Origin: Lophium mytilinum
Taxonomy: Eukaryota
NCBI GenBank assembly: GCA_010093605.1
Contig: MU004193.1
Location: 467,321-531,320, forward strand
Reading direction: 5' to 3'
DNA: 64,000 bases
Below are positions 1-14,100 of the stretch, in pieces (positions within the stretch are counted from its first letter, which is position 1; every line of letters begins with the position of its first letter). The notes below the pieces were generated by a model. The model ran no database searches. It was given only the letters and a program-made list of their open reading frames with translations, and had not been told where the DNA came from. The position numbers and the translations under genes were made by a program.

Positions 1-3000
1 CCTCGAGCAGGCGCTGGGCAGCACCGGTGTCGTTGGTATGCACCGCGAGAGTCAGCCAGATGACGGGGCACAAGAGCAGCTATTCGGCTATCTGTTTGCC
101 TTCGCTTTAGGGGAAGAGACTATGACGCGTATTTTCCGGAACATCAACGCGGTCGAAAGCAGTCTTACAGACGCGCCACAGCCACAACCGCAAGCCCAGG
201 CAGAAAGCGATGCTATCAGCCGTCTGGCCGCCGAGACTGATAGTGCCCTTAAGACCTCCGACCCGCTAGTAGACCCGCTCCGGAGCCAGATTCGGAGTGT
301 GTTCAGCGGAAATGAATTGCTTCAGAACCCAGATATGCTTCCAATAGTCCTAGGCTTCTGGGTCATGCTCGCGGGCGACCATGTCTCCATTAGCAACACG
401 TCTCCTTTGTCGATATCAGTGCTCCTCGCCATCCAGGAAATTATAGATATGTCTACTCACAACAAAGCTATGGGCCACGTTACGGGAATTCTGACTCTGA
501 TATTACATCTTCTGTTCGAGAAGAATTTTGTTGCTCCTATCAGCAGCCTCCTACGCGGCCTTGCCGACAGCTTGATCGGATTTGGCATCAATCAGTTGGA
601 AGACGCGTACTACCTCTTCCGACAGTCGTCTGTTTCGGACCTCGCTGCAGAATTTCTCCTCCAGGGCATGCGGACTTCTCGTGGCCCACCTTTCATACAA
701 TTTGACCTCTCATTACAAGGCTACAGTGCCATTGAGCTTGCAGATCTCGGCCGACCGTTCCCTCCAGCTGCTGCCGGCGGCGGATACACATTTACGGCGT
801 GGATCCGTGTGGACCACTATGACAGCGATTGCCACACCACCATTTTCGGAGCTTATGATACCACTCAGACATGTTTCGTTATGGCTTACCTGGAGAAAGA
901 CACTCGCCGATTCATCCTGCAAACTTCCATGCCCACATCCGCGAAGGCGTCCCGGCTGGCTAGCATTCGCTTCAAGAACTCAAGTGTCTTGAAGGAGGGT
1001 TTGTGGTATCATGTCGCCGTGGTTCACCGACGTCCTAGTGCGAAGACAATGGGGATCGGTTCTGCCCATGCGTCCCTGTACCTCAACGGCGAGTTCACTG
1101 AATCTATGAAATGTCAGTATCCCGCCACCCCTCCCCTTATAGACGGCAGTACGGAAAGCTTTGCCTCCTTGTCTTCCACCACACAACGACCGGCACCAAT
1201 CCTTGCTTTTCTTGGGACCCCTCAGGATCTTGCTCCTCGCCTTGGACTAAATGTCACATCGTCGAAGATGTCTGTAGCCTCATTTCACTTGTTCTCCGAG
1301 CCGCTATCGGATGAAATGATTGCCGTTCACCACAAGCTCGGCCCTCGATACTGCGGGAACTACCAAGACCGACTAGGATCTTTCCAAACCTACCGTGCTT
1401 CTGCTGAGCTCCACGTTCAGAACGAGATTCTCCATCCAGGAAAAGAAGAACAGTCGGACATTGTGTCGGCGATCCGAAGCAATGCTGGAGCCATTGTCCC
1501 CGAAAATCGGGTTTTGCTAAGCTTCTCGCCAACCTCAGTTATGGACGACGATGACCGCAACAACGTCGACGAGTCGCAGTTGATTCAATCTCTTTCACGC
1601 GAGGCGGCGTTGAATCTACACAAGCATACCAGAATGCACGGCACTCCAATTATCATAAATGCCGCAGTCCCGTCTATCAACGACGCTCTCACCCAGCAAC
1701 GCGGGTACGGGCTACTTGCTGGGAAACCAGTGGTAGTGGTTCCTCAGTGCCTTGACGATGCTATGTGGAGAGCTGGTGGCTGCGTTGCAGTTGGCCTGGG
1801 GCTCGTCCAGCTGGCGCAGACCCCCGACGCTATCTTGCGCGCCGTCAAGATTCTCTTAGAGGCTGTGGAAGGTAATTGGCGCAATTGCGAGGCTATGGAA
1901 AGCAAAAATGGCTTTGCTGTACTAGCTGAAGTTCTCCGTCAGAAACTGGGATACAGCCTCGGGACACGTGCTTTTGGGCGCAAGACTACTGAAATCAACA
2001 TGACATCTGAGCAGCGTGACACCTTCGTCTCTCAATTACTCCGAGTTGTTCTACGATTTGTTGGGTATGACGATGCGAATCCAGCCGAGAGCTTGATCAT
2101 CAATCCGTTAGCTTACAGGGTTCTTATCGTTGATCTTGATATATGGCGAAAGACGTCTTCCCTAGAAACCCAAAAGCAATACTACGCGCAATTCGTTGTC
2201 TTCGCGAAGGGAAGCAAACATCACCATTACAATGTGAAACGCTTCATCCGAATTAGTAAGTACTCCATAATTATAGTTCGCGTAGGCTAACTCTTGTGAA
2301 GGGGTTGTGAAACGACTTATGGATGCGTTAAAAGGGGAATCGTTCTCCCGTGAAGTCTTCCCGCATTTCCTTGAGGCCTTTAAGATCCTTGTTCAAAGCA
2401 ATTTAAATGGGGAGAACTCTCGGTATCTGGCACTCTTTGTCACCTACGCGCTCCATGATAACCGGTCGTTCTCAAAGCGAACACTTAGGCCGAAAGCAAG
2501 CGCTATGCGACTGCGTAACAAAGTCACAGCTGTGTCAATTACTCCTACATCTACGCCCCGCTCTGCAAGTCCTAGCCAAGACTTACAAATGGCGCCCGGA
2601 CTTCCACTTGCAGAGCTTGGACTTTTAGTCCTTGAGATGATTGCAGATCTACTTTGCAGCAGGTCTAGTGTCACAGACATCCAAAGATTTGCCAAGAACG
2701 TTACCAACAAGGTAAGTAAAGCCAGCTCCGCCTACTGAAAACTGCTAACCGACCACAGTGGCTTTTATATCTCCTTGCAGAACCTGATTCGCGAGTTGTG
2801 GTCTTGGGGACGAAGATACTTGCTCGACTTCTAGTGGTCAATGGCCCAGGCTATGTCAAGAAATTTGCTGAGAAGGGCGGCGGATTCGCGATCCTAAAAA
2901 ACCGGCTCAAGTCATGGTGGAATACCCCTGGAATCTGGACAATATGCTTCGCAATCTTGTTTGACCGGGATGTCGCCGCGATCAATTTCGAACGCAAGTT

Positions 3001-6000
3001 TGATTTGTACAATCTCACTGACATTTTCGCCGCTCAAAAGATCAAAGCGTCGTACCCAGAGATTGTTCCAGTCATCGCTGCCATGCTTGAGACCGGACTC
3101 CGAGCTATCATCAAAGAGCAGTCTAGCTCGACGCCTTCCAAGCAGAATGAAGGCAGGCTTGGGGAATCATTGTCCCCTAATTCGACATTCAAGCCGAGAG
3201 GGCGAAGTCGTACGATGTCTTTGAGTGCAAAACTGGAGCCCATAGGTATGCTTCATGAATATATCTCAATTAGATGAAAATCTGCTGACCTGTTCAGATA
3301 CCCCCAGGTCTCAAGCAGAGCGAGTGGCCGACTATGCAGAGGTGCTAGGAGTGGTCGTCCAATTTTTGTCTGATGTCCATTCTAGGTCGCTGAGTTTCCG
3401 CGACTTTGCCATTCAATCAAACTACGTCCAGGAACTCCTTTTCGTGCTTTATCCATTGATTGTTACTTCAGACAAAGTCAGCGCAGAGACAGAGCTGCTG
3501 TCCCGAGGCTCTGCATTGACGTTTGAAGGCCAAGACGTAGTTATCCAACCTCTTTCCAAATCAACGAACCAGCAAGCGCCCATCGTACGTACTACTAGTG
3601 TAGAAGCTCCTGTAAGCCCTGAGGCCCAGCGAGCTATTCCCCTCCGACGCGGCTCTTCGTTCATCCTCATCTCGGCCGATAAATCGAGTGTTTCCAACGG
3701 CGTTCCTGCCATCAATCCTATTCTAACTTCTCAAAACGGCTCATCTGTCGTTCAGAAAGTGAGCAACACCGTTATCGAGGGATTGCTCGAAGTCGTCATA
3801 GGCGTTTTCCAGGATCAGCTATTTCAGCGAAAGGACTTCCCTGGTCTTGGTCTTTTCCTCAAGACTCCCCCTGGCTTCCAGGAACACCAAGCCTATTTCG
3901 AGTCTTACGTCTTACGACACGCTTTATCGGCCATCTCGACTGATATCCAACTGGACCAAAATTTGCTTCACGAGCCGAGAGTACTCGTGAACCTTTCTCG
4001 CTACGTTACACACTTGGCAGAAGCCGTGTTTGAAGGATGGTTCCTCAACGGTGCAGAACCGCTCCTAGATTTTACTGGTGGTCTGTTGGAACACCTACAA
4101 CGCCCAGAGGTTGCGAAGATAAAGAGCGTGCGCCTGTGTCATCAAGCAATTAGCATTATTCGCTCTATCTTTCTTCGTGTTGTCCTCTTACGCCTCTCCG
4201 AGAGAGACGAGTCCGACCACGAGAGTAACACGGTGAGCTTCATGAAGAAGATGATATATTGGCAAACGATCATATTATCTGCCGACAACAACGATGCCAG
4301 TATCATGCGCTTGATCTGTTATTTACTATACATGAAGCTGGTTTCAAAGGATCAAGCGGTAAGGGTAGCCGCTGCAGAGTTTTGGCGATTGCTTCTCGTA
4401 CAGAAGCCCGAAGATGCATCAGTCATCTTTGGTCACGCCATGACTACCGATCAGAAGCGCCTCTCGAAAGGATTTTTGATGCTTACCGGATTGGACAACG
4501 ATGCTTTCCTGGCCTGGATAGATGGACATCGGTCAGAACTCAAGACGTTTTTCATTGGATCGATGTCGCGAACCTGGACAGACTACGTTGCTGAACAAAA
4601 CCGAAAGACAGAGGAGACCCTTAAGAATAGGATATCGCGACGTAAAGACAGGCTCAAGCAATGGCAGACCGAAGAAGCGCTCAATGATACTGTCTGGAGC
4701 CGCCATGAGGTTCAGACCAATCACTGGAGATCCAACGTGCACGCTTCTGAACGTTTGAAGCATCAGCGCTCGTTACAAGACCAACAGGACAACCTCTCTT
4801 TCATTGCCTCGACAATTTTGAAGCTGGAGAGACAGCTACAGGGCCCATGTGGCTTGCTTGAAGACGTTGGAGAACACAAGTGGCGATTGGATGAGACCGA
4901 GGGCCGGAATCGAATGCGCATGAGAGTCATGATTGATGAGGCCTTGCGCCAAGATGATTACCAGCCAAAGCGGAAAGACTCGGACATGGTCGCCAAGAAT
5001 AAGCTGAAAGTGGAAACCGACGTTCCCAGGATATCATCTAGGGATGCTGTAGGGATAACCCCATCCGAGCAAGTAGATCCGAGCAAAAGCACCCTAGTAG
5101 AGTCAGGTAGAAAGAGATCTGATACCGACTCTTCGGCATCAGGCCTTGACGAAGATTTTGAGATGGTCGATGGCCCCATGGAAGATGAAGATGGCTTCGA
5201 AGACAAGAACCGTAAAGTCATGCGGAGTCTCCAACGCGGTGATCAAGTCCAGCACGTATGCAACGTTTCTCGTATTGTAGGTCTGGAAGCATGTGAAGGT
5301 CTTCTCATCCTGGGCAAGGACTGCTTATATCTCCTCGATGACTTTTTCCAACGCTCTGACGGAGAGATCGTGAGAGTCTGGCAGGCGCCACAGGACGAGC
5401 GGGACGCTTACGTACAGATGGCTTCAGGTCGACAGACATCCACACGCAGGCCACCCCCGAAGGACCACGAGGAAACCGCTAGATATTGGAAGTGGGGCGA
5501 AGTCATCAGCATATCTAAACGCCGATTTCTTTTCCGCGATGCCGCTATCGAGATATTTTTCGACGATGGCCGAAGCTACCTTCTGACTGCTATAACTCCT
5601 AGCACACGCAACGAGCTTTACATGAAGCTCCTCGCACGAGCTCCGCACGTGAATAAGCCAGAGAACTTGGCCCACTCCGAGAATTCCTGGAGGCTAGAGT
5701 CGTTACGCAATCCGGAGGAGGCGCCACAGACATTTGGCTCCAAATTTGCAAACGTCTTTGGCTCATCTTCCTCTAATCCTGCCACGAAGCGTTGGATGAA
5801 AGGGGAAATATCTAATTTCCACTATCTCATGCTTGTAAATACGCTTGCTGGAAGGACTTTTAACGATCTCACCCAGTATCCGGTTTTCCCTTGGGTCCTT
5901 GCAGACTATACGAGTGAGGAGTTGGATCTAACGGATCCGCGCTCTTTCCGCGATTTCTCCAAGCCGATGGGTGCTCAGACGGCACCCAGAGAGGCCGAAT

Positions 6001-7868
6001 TTAGGGACAGATACAAGATATTTGAAGAAATGGCGGACCCTAACCAACCATCTTTCCACTACGGTACCCATTACTCATCCGCCATGATTGTCACTCAATA
6101 CCTCATCCGTTTGCAGCCCTTCGTACAGTCCTACCTCCTACTGCAAGGCGGGACCTTTGATCATGCAGATAGATTGTTCTCTGATATCCATAAAACATGG
6201 CTTTCCGTCTCCAAAGAGAACATGACAGATGTACGAGAGCTAATTCCAGAGTTCTTCTACCTTCCGGAGTTTCTAAGCAATGTCAACAATTACAACTTCG
6301 GCATCAAACAAGGGGAAACGGAGCCAATCAACCACGTCAAACTACCACCATGGGCGAAGGGAGATCCGCATGTCTTTATCGCAAAACACCGCGAGGCTCT
6401 CGAGAGCCCTTATGTCAGCAAGAATTTGCATCACTGGATAGATCTAGTGTTCGGATTCAAGCAAAGGGGAGAAGCAGCTGTGGAGGCGACGAATGTATTC
6501 CACTACCTTTCCTACCACGGCGCCAGAAATTTGGACAACATCGAAGATCCGATGGAACGCCTTGCCACTATTGGCATTATTCACAATTTTGGCCAGACAC
6601 CACTTCAGGTCTTCCAGCGTGCTCATGTCCAGCATGAGGAATTCTCTCAGCGATTCAAGCGTCTAGACAATAGCGCAGAGTCTCTAACACGGTTACCTGC
6701 TACCCTCCTAGGTAAGAAAGTCATCGTTTTTTTGAATTGTAAATGCTAAGTAATTACAGAGTCAAATGAGCGGGTGGCTTCCCTGGTATATAACACAAAA
6801 TCAGACAGACTCCTCTGTTCTGCCGCATTTCGCCATAACATACCCCCAGCTTACGACCGCTACATGGAATGGGGCTTCACTGATGGCAGCGTCCGATTTT
6901 ACTCCAGCGAATCCAAGAAACTCCTGGGATTATTCGAGCATCTACATCAAGGGCAACTGACCACGTCTTTATTCGTAGATGGCAGGACCTTGATCACCGC
7001 AGGCGCAGACTGTACTGTCGCAATATGGACGATCGTCTCGGGAGCCAAGAGCATCGATCTACAGCCAGTAATATGCCTTTTTGGCCATAGAAAGCCTGTG
7101 ACTGCGCTCGCCTCTTCGCGCGCCTTCTCCGTTTTCATTTCTGCAAGTGAAGACGGTAGGGTGTTTCTATGGGACCTCAACCGTTCCGAGTTTATACGGG
7201 AGCTTGACATTGGTTTCAATCGGCATCATCTGGGCGTTCAGTGTGCTCGTATCAACAACATTACGGGTCACATCATGCTTTGTTGTGGACCTAGACTACT
7301 ATTATTCACTCTCAATGGCAGGATGCTACTTCGACAAAATATTTGCGACACTGAAGATCTTGAAGACGTTATAACGAGCTGCGCATTCTACGAGGGCGTG
7401 GGGAACGAGTGGCTAGAAAAGACTCTAGTCTTCACTGGGCATCGAAAAGGTGTTGTCAATGTAAGTTGAGACCTAGTCAACATGATTATGCGCGACTTGG
7501 AAGCCGCAAGGAAAGTCACTAACTGTAAGTTAGATCTGGCAGCTCGCTATCGGTGCCTCGGGCAAATGGACGGTAGACTTGATCAAGCGCCTCAATCACG
7601 TTGACTCAACGCGAGAAGACGGTGGGAATTGCTCGGCCGCAATCACATGCATCTTACCCTTAGCTCAGGTGGTCTACACCGGCGACGATGATGGTAGAGT
7701 GGTAAGTTCGTATTTCATCACCCTCTATATCCAAACTGAACATCACATTGCGACTCGAGGGTTATGTTGGCTGCGCATGTTGAATATCGTCGTGATCAAA
7801 AGCTAACCTTGACGATTGCGTAGTACGAATGGGACTGCGTGCAAAGGCATGGTGGCGGACCTGGATGA
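1..7868 (+). CDS. BPH1: Beige/BEACH-domain WD40 protein (Bph1/Lvs1/neurobeachin-like); 5' part lies outside the window; multi-exon
   Basis: ConA/LamG-like region (YTFTAWIRVD...WYHVAVVH), PH-BEACH, the BEACH signatures ISNFHYLMLVNTLAGRTFNDLTQYPVFPWVLADY, HYGTHYSSA, DVRELIPEFFYLPEFL and NFGQTP, then WD40 repeats. GT-AG introns at 2256-2301, 2712-2758, 3246-3297, 6712-6759, 7461-7533 and 7702-7823; last exon YEWDCVQRHGGGPG* ends at 7868. Confidence 0.93.
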
Positions 7869-8484
7869 AGTCTAGGGACCGCAAGGCTACGAAGTCGAGA
7901 GAACGTATTTTTGGAAAGGCGAAAAGTAGGTTGGTTTGTGGCGTCAGGCGGTGGGTTTTGCATTACCCGGGCAGGGTTCGTGCATTGCGCGGTACAAGGT
8001 GGGGATAGAGCTGTGATATGTCCGTGCCTGCGCGTCGTCTGCGCATGCACCTCGTTCAATTAGATCTGTTCCACACTATGGCTTTGGAAATCGGGTTCCA
8101 CGTATGGCGAAGGTGTGTTCCACTTGCATTGCCCATAGCTGTACCGCAGCGATGATAACCATATTGGAACTACTTTCAGTAAGTCGTCCTGCAACTGCTG
8201 ACGCCAGCATGGGGGCATTGATTTGACTAATGACGCAGCCGTTTTTCAAATAGCTTTTAAAGTCTAACGATAGACTGTGCGTAAGCTACGTATTTCATCC
8301 GCGTGTCAGCCTTAGAAGCGCAGTCATGAGATATACTCTAAGGAGCTTCATATTAAGAAAGCCCCACACCCAGGCTTCTAGCCCGCATCGATAGTCTTGT
8401 CAATAATCATCAAAATTGCATCCACTTCAAATACTACATGAAGTAGCCAGCCTCTACTTGAGCTTCGGAGAGGTTTCCACCCTC

Positions 8485-9954
8485 ATGGCCTCGCCGTACT
8501 CCTCTACTCAAAACACGCTTCGGCCTATCCAGGATGACTCTCAGCCACTACATAAATCTACTGAACAACCATATCCGCCGCGCTCATCGCAGGACCAATG
8601 GAGCCAGTCGTCACATTGGGAGACTGCTGGATATGTCCCTGCACAAACACAATATCATCCGGCTCCGTCCTTTGACAATTACACAGTAAATCAACCACAG
8701 TCTCGGGGAGATGCGCCGTATCCAGGCTACGCACAAATCACGCAACCGACATACACGGAGCAACTGTTCTACCCGCCCAACTCTCATTATACGCCTCAAT
8801 TATATTCTCAACAAGGCTCTTTCGAATCTGTCCCCGCTAGCTCATATAATCAAGCAGGCAGTCAATACGGGGGCAATCTCACATATCATTCAAGGCCGGC
8901 GTGGCCAGCGCCCGGCCCATTGCCGGAATCGCCTCATCAATTGTATTCGCATAATCATCTAACTTCACCGCCAGCATCAACTCAACCGTTGCCCCTACCC
9001 TCACCACGTCCACCACCGCAAGCTCGACCCGAAAATCTCCCTCGGCCACTGACTGCCATTTCAGTGGCAGACTACTTCCACCAACATGCATGTGTTCCGA
9101 TTCCATGGCGGTGGGAGCCGCTTTCTACGCCTATAAAGACCTACTATATCGAAGCAGGACCTGCATTTCTCGACAGCAAGGATTGGTTGGGAGATTGGGT
9201 CGACCAAGAGTTCCACACCGTTTGCCTGAGAGATAGGAAGAAGCCCAAAGATAGGCACAGCATGAAATACCACTTGACTGCGGAGTCGACCGGGGGTCAC
9301 TTCCGGCCAGAGAAGTTCAAATGGAAGCTTTCTAACTCGCCGGCAGGCAAGTCTAGGGGTACTCTTTGGACGTATTGCCGCGAGAAAGACGCGGGTGCTC
9401 CACCTGGACAAGTACGATTCGAGGGTCTATACGACCTTGATGGGAACAGAGTACTCACGTCTTTCAAACACAAAGATCCATCCCATGTCGTGCCTGTGGA
9501 TACATTGTCGTTCCAGCTCCCGAATGGGGAAGAGTTCCAATGGCGTAGCAATCATCCTATTAGTACCCTAGATGGATATCGCTGGGACTACCAGCGGCAT
9601 GCTCTTTTCCGGCTCTCTCGCGGTGTAGCAGAAGAATTAATCGCAGACAATGCCCCTTGGGACGGACGCGGCAAAAAGCCGCTGGACTCTGCGGACGCCT
9701 TGACCATTCGCGCCCAGAATGTCGACCACAGCATGGTCATTGCGACTCTCCAGACTATGAAGGTACGACAGTGGGAAGATGTGTTACGAGTAGAGGCACT
9801 CAACGACAAGGAAGGGGTGAAGAAGACAGTCAAGCAGGCCCGAAAAACGGAACTTGGCATAGCCTACTGGACTCAAGATGACTTCACTGGGGGGACAGCG
9901 GCGATCGGGTTTGAGCTTGGAAGTGGGATTGTAAGTGGACTGTTTGGCGCGTAG
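8485..9954 (+). CDS. Hypothetical protein: Pro/Gln/Tyr-rich disordered N-terminus plus a globular C-terminal domain
   Basis: Long uninterrupted ORF with first ATG at 8485 (MASPYSS...). Composition is protein-like; no family recognised with confidence. Confidence 0.75.
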   Translation: MASPYSSTQNTLRPIQDDSQPLHKSTEQPYPPRSSQDQWSQSSHWETAGYVPAQTQYHPAPSFDNYTVNQPQSRGDAPYPGYAQITQPTYTEQLFYPPNSHYTPQLYSQQGSFESVPASSYNQAGSQYGGNLTYHSRPAWPAPGPLPESPHQLYSHNHLTSPPASTQPLPLPSPRPPPQARPENLPRPLTAISVADYFHQHACVPIPWRWEPLSTPIKTYYIEAGPAFLDSKDWLGDWVDQEFHTVCLRDRKKPKDRHSMKYHLTAESTGGHFRPEKFKWKLSNSPAGKSRGTLWTYCREKDAGAPPGQVRFEGLYDLDGNRVLTSFKHKDPSHVVPVDTLSFQLPNGEEFQWRSNHPISTLDGYRWDYQRHALFRLSRGVAEELIADNAPWDGRGKKPLDSADALTIRAQNVDHSMVIATLQTMKVRQWEDVLRVEALNDKEGVKKTVKQARKTELGIAYWTQDDFTGGTAAIGFELGSGIVSGLFGA

Positions 9955-11135
9955 CACGATCCTATCCTCTCTGCTTTCAATCAGCAATCAACGGAGATCC
10001 GGTTGAGTGGCCACATTCTGAATGACAACATGCCACCTAATGGGGGCCTTATATCTGAAACCCGAGGCGTCACAAATTCGCGTGCACCTTCTCCCCCGCT
10101 ATGTTTTCGTACCAACTGGTATTTCTTGGTCACATGGTCAAACAGCCCTTTTCGTGCTTCCAGCCAATAGGATAAATTTTCACTCGTCGGATTTCGAAAT
10201 TTTGTGTGGTACCGAAAACCTCGAATCGATATGCACGTCAGAGTCCAATCTTAACAGCGGCTACGTACTGCCCAAGACTTCCACTTCTTGTGACCCTCAG
10301 GGTGTGTCGTATGCTGTGGAGCCTACGTGTCAGTCCCAATATGTCTCCCAAAGGCCTAACCTTATTAATGCCACATGCTTCAAGAACCAACTCAAGGCTT
10401 AACTCTAAGACATCTACAAGCTTCAAAGCCTAGGAGAAGGACGTTTCCCTGCCAGCCATAGTCGATTCCGCGTAGGCGTGAAGCTCCAATAGGTGTCTTG
10501 CATGAGACTCGAACACCTGAGGCGAGGACAGCAGAAGAGACATGCAGCAACCTAAGGGTCAACGAATGAAGCGAACCACACCATGGCGATGTGAATTGAC
10601 ATGATAGACTGAAGATATTGACGTGAGATCGGATAATCCGCTTGCAGAAAAAACCTCAACAGCAACATGGTAGTGCTACGGCATAATCCACAACAGGCCA
10701 AGGTGAAGAGAGTAAACCTTAAAGCCTCCTTATGCTCCTTCCCTTCCTGGTAGCACCGAGCCCGTCAGCACATACACAGTGCTTCGACGTCAACATCTTC
10801 CAGAGCTTCAAGCCCGCTCTTCGACTCCGACTTCCAGATGCCGGATTCTCCCTAGCACCACGAACATCTCAACCACCTCCACCCTGTTTACCACCGATGA
10901 TCTCTCCGGTGGCATGCTCGCCGTTCCTGTGCCCGCCGAGGAGCCTGTCCTCGACGTCACCGCCGGACTCGCCAAGCGCGGACATATCTACGGAATTACC
11001 ATCTCAGATGATGGCATCAGCATCATCTCCACGTGTTGCCACAACTCTCGAAGCCCATTCACACAGATAGACAAGCTGTGGCCGCGCGACTTGCCTACTA
11101 ACCTATCCCAGTAAATGCGGGGACAAAAGGGGGGT

Positions 11136-14100
11136 TCAGGCGCCCTACCGGCCCGCAACTTAGCTCAAAGACGTTTCGCCGATCCCTTTAGGAGTCACCG
11201 TTTTTAAGCCTTTTTAAAGCACCCAGTCTAGTCTTGCATTAGCGCATAGCCGGAGTTAGCGCTTATAAGGGGCCCCCTACTAAACTAAGACCTCTAAAGT
11301 GCTAATATCTAATATATAATTATGCATACTATAATAATAAAATATTAATATATTTTATTTTTAAAGCTATTAAGTAAGCTATTAAGCTATATATAAGCTA
11401 TATATTATATAGAATATCTAGAAATATAGTATATAGCCTTAGGGGCTTATAGATAGCTATATATTATTAGAAAACTCTATATAGCTAATTTTATATACTA
11501 GTTCTTTACCTATTATACTTATTAGCTATAATTTTCTCTCTTATTATACTAAGAGCTTAAAAAGTATCTAAAAGAGCACCTAAAAAGATACTAAAAGTAC
11601 TATAAAACGCACTAAAAAAGGGCCCTCTCTATACTATACTAGGTGCGCCTATTTCTCTTACCTAGTAGCCGCCTATTATTCCTAAGGATTATATTTCCGG
11701 GCCGGATTTCTATACTAGAGGCTAGCCGCCGAGGCCCTTAGTAGCTAATAAAAAAGAGAAGAAAAAGAAGAAGAAGCTTATAGCTAAGCTATATTAAGCT
11801 AATAAGTTTACCTCTCTATATAGGCCTAATAAAGAGAAAAATAATACTACTAAGCTATAAGAGCCTTAACTTATTAAGAACCTACCTACTATATCTATAA
11901 GCTAGATTTCTATAGCTTAAGTTAATAAAATTCTATTAAAAATTATTACTAGCACTCTACCTATAAGCCTTCTTATAGCTACTACTAAGGCTAGAGAAAT
12001 TATATACTCTAAGGCCTATTTACTACGCTATTTAAAGTAATTTAGGCCGCCTAAGGCCCTAGAAGAATAGTAAGAGGCTAAGGATATTTATAGACTTAAT
12101 AAGAGAGCTAAGAATCTTAATAAGTATCTTTCTAGGGGTTATAGTTCTAGATAGAACTTACTATAGCGGATTTTTAAGCTACTATTCTCTCTAGAGCTTT
12201 TTAAGTATTATAGAAAGGCTATAAATGCATATATAGCTATATAGCTATATACTAAGAATATTAATTTAAGTAGATAATAGAAAGGTATAAAGAAAAGGGC
12301 CTAGAAGAATATTAGCGCCGCTAAGCTAATAATTTAGGTTAGAATTATTATCTATATTAGAGTCTTCTAGCCGCTAAGAATAGAGAATATATAGAATTAA
12401 AGAGATAAGTAGCTAGTATATATAATTACTAAGTATATAAGCTACTATAGGTAGAAGTAGATTAAAAGATATTTCTATATTTACCTAGTAAGTTTTTAAG
12501 GTGCAAGGCTTATAATATTACCTTACTAGGTAGTAGTGTATAAGTAAGCCTTTTAATATTATAACTAGCTAAGCTTAATTTAAGCTTATTTTCTAACTAA
12601 TTAAAATTATAGAATTAATCTGTATCCGGCGCCGCTAGTATAGCTAAGAAACTGCTAAGACGCGTCCCTCTATTTAAAAAGCTTTAATTCTTTATAATAA
12701 TACTCTAAAATAACTTTTAATACTATATTATATCTAGATCTATAGTCTTAATTAATAAGATAATAGTATACTTTACCGGCCAAAGCTCTTACACTATTAA
12801 AATACCCGGAAAACCTATTTCTAAGAGCTATAAGATCTTTTCTCTCTACTAGTATAGCTACTACTACGCCTTCTAGTTTACCTCTAGAATTAATAGAGTT
12901 TACAGCCTCTCTTAATATACTTAAGCCCTTAACTATACTCTTAATACTACTAGTAAGGCTATATTTAAGCTTTATATATTACTACCTATTTATTTATAGC
13001 GCTATATTCTCTACTATAATAACTACTTTACTAATATTAATCTCTTTAGCGCCTTAAGGTCTATTAGAATTACTATCTATAGTACTATAAGGTCTAACTC
13101 TATATATTATCTAGCTGCGTATAAAGCTATAGATAAAGTAAAATTATAGCTTTCTTTTAATCTATTCTCTAGAGTAGTTATAAGAGCTCTAGGCTTAGAG
13201 AAGGACGTCCTCTTAATTATATAGTAAGATAAGAATCTTATAAGATTTCTAACTACTACTTATAGTACTTAGCTATTAAACTATAATAAGGTTCTTTGCC
13301 GCCGCCCGTATAGTTATACGGCGTAATTAAAGAAGATTATTACTAAGATATAGAGTAATAATCCTATTAAATCTCTATATCTTTCTTAGCTTTTAATTAA
13401 CTATAATAACTAGATAGAGGGTGTTAATATTTATAATTAGCTGCGCAGCTATTATAATACCTAGATTATAAGTATATATATTTAAATACCGCTCTTCTTC
13501 TAGGTATTAGATATAGTAATTATTAATACCTATATTCTCTCTAAAATTATATTCTAGATATCTAGAAGTATCTTTTTAATAGTATATAGAAGATTCTATA
13601 TATAATTAGTATAGAATCTTATTTAAATTAGCTACTAAATAATATAAAAGAATGCAGGGCCTCTAATAGGCCTTATAATATTCTTAAAGTAATATAAACT
13701 AGGTTAATTCTAGCTAAATTATATAGGCTACTACTAAGGCGCTCGCCGCCCGTATATTACTAGTAAAACTCCTCTTCTAGCTATATGCCTGCTTAGTAGA
13801 GGCTATATTATCTAGAGAGAAGTATACTTAGACTATAAAATATAGCTATACTACTATTTTTATAGGTAGAAATAGGCTTTTAAGTTACTAGGCTTTTAGA
13901 AAAGAATAAGAACTATATATAGCTATAAATTATATCTTTTACTACTTTATAGGTAGTATATAGAGCTCTTTTATAAGCCTTAGCTATATAAGAATTAGAT
14001 AGAAAGGCTATAGTAAATAGAATAACTATATAATTCTATAGTAAGGCTGTATAGCTTTAATTTAGGCCTATTCTAGCCTTAATACTATTAAAAATTAGCT

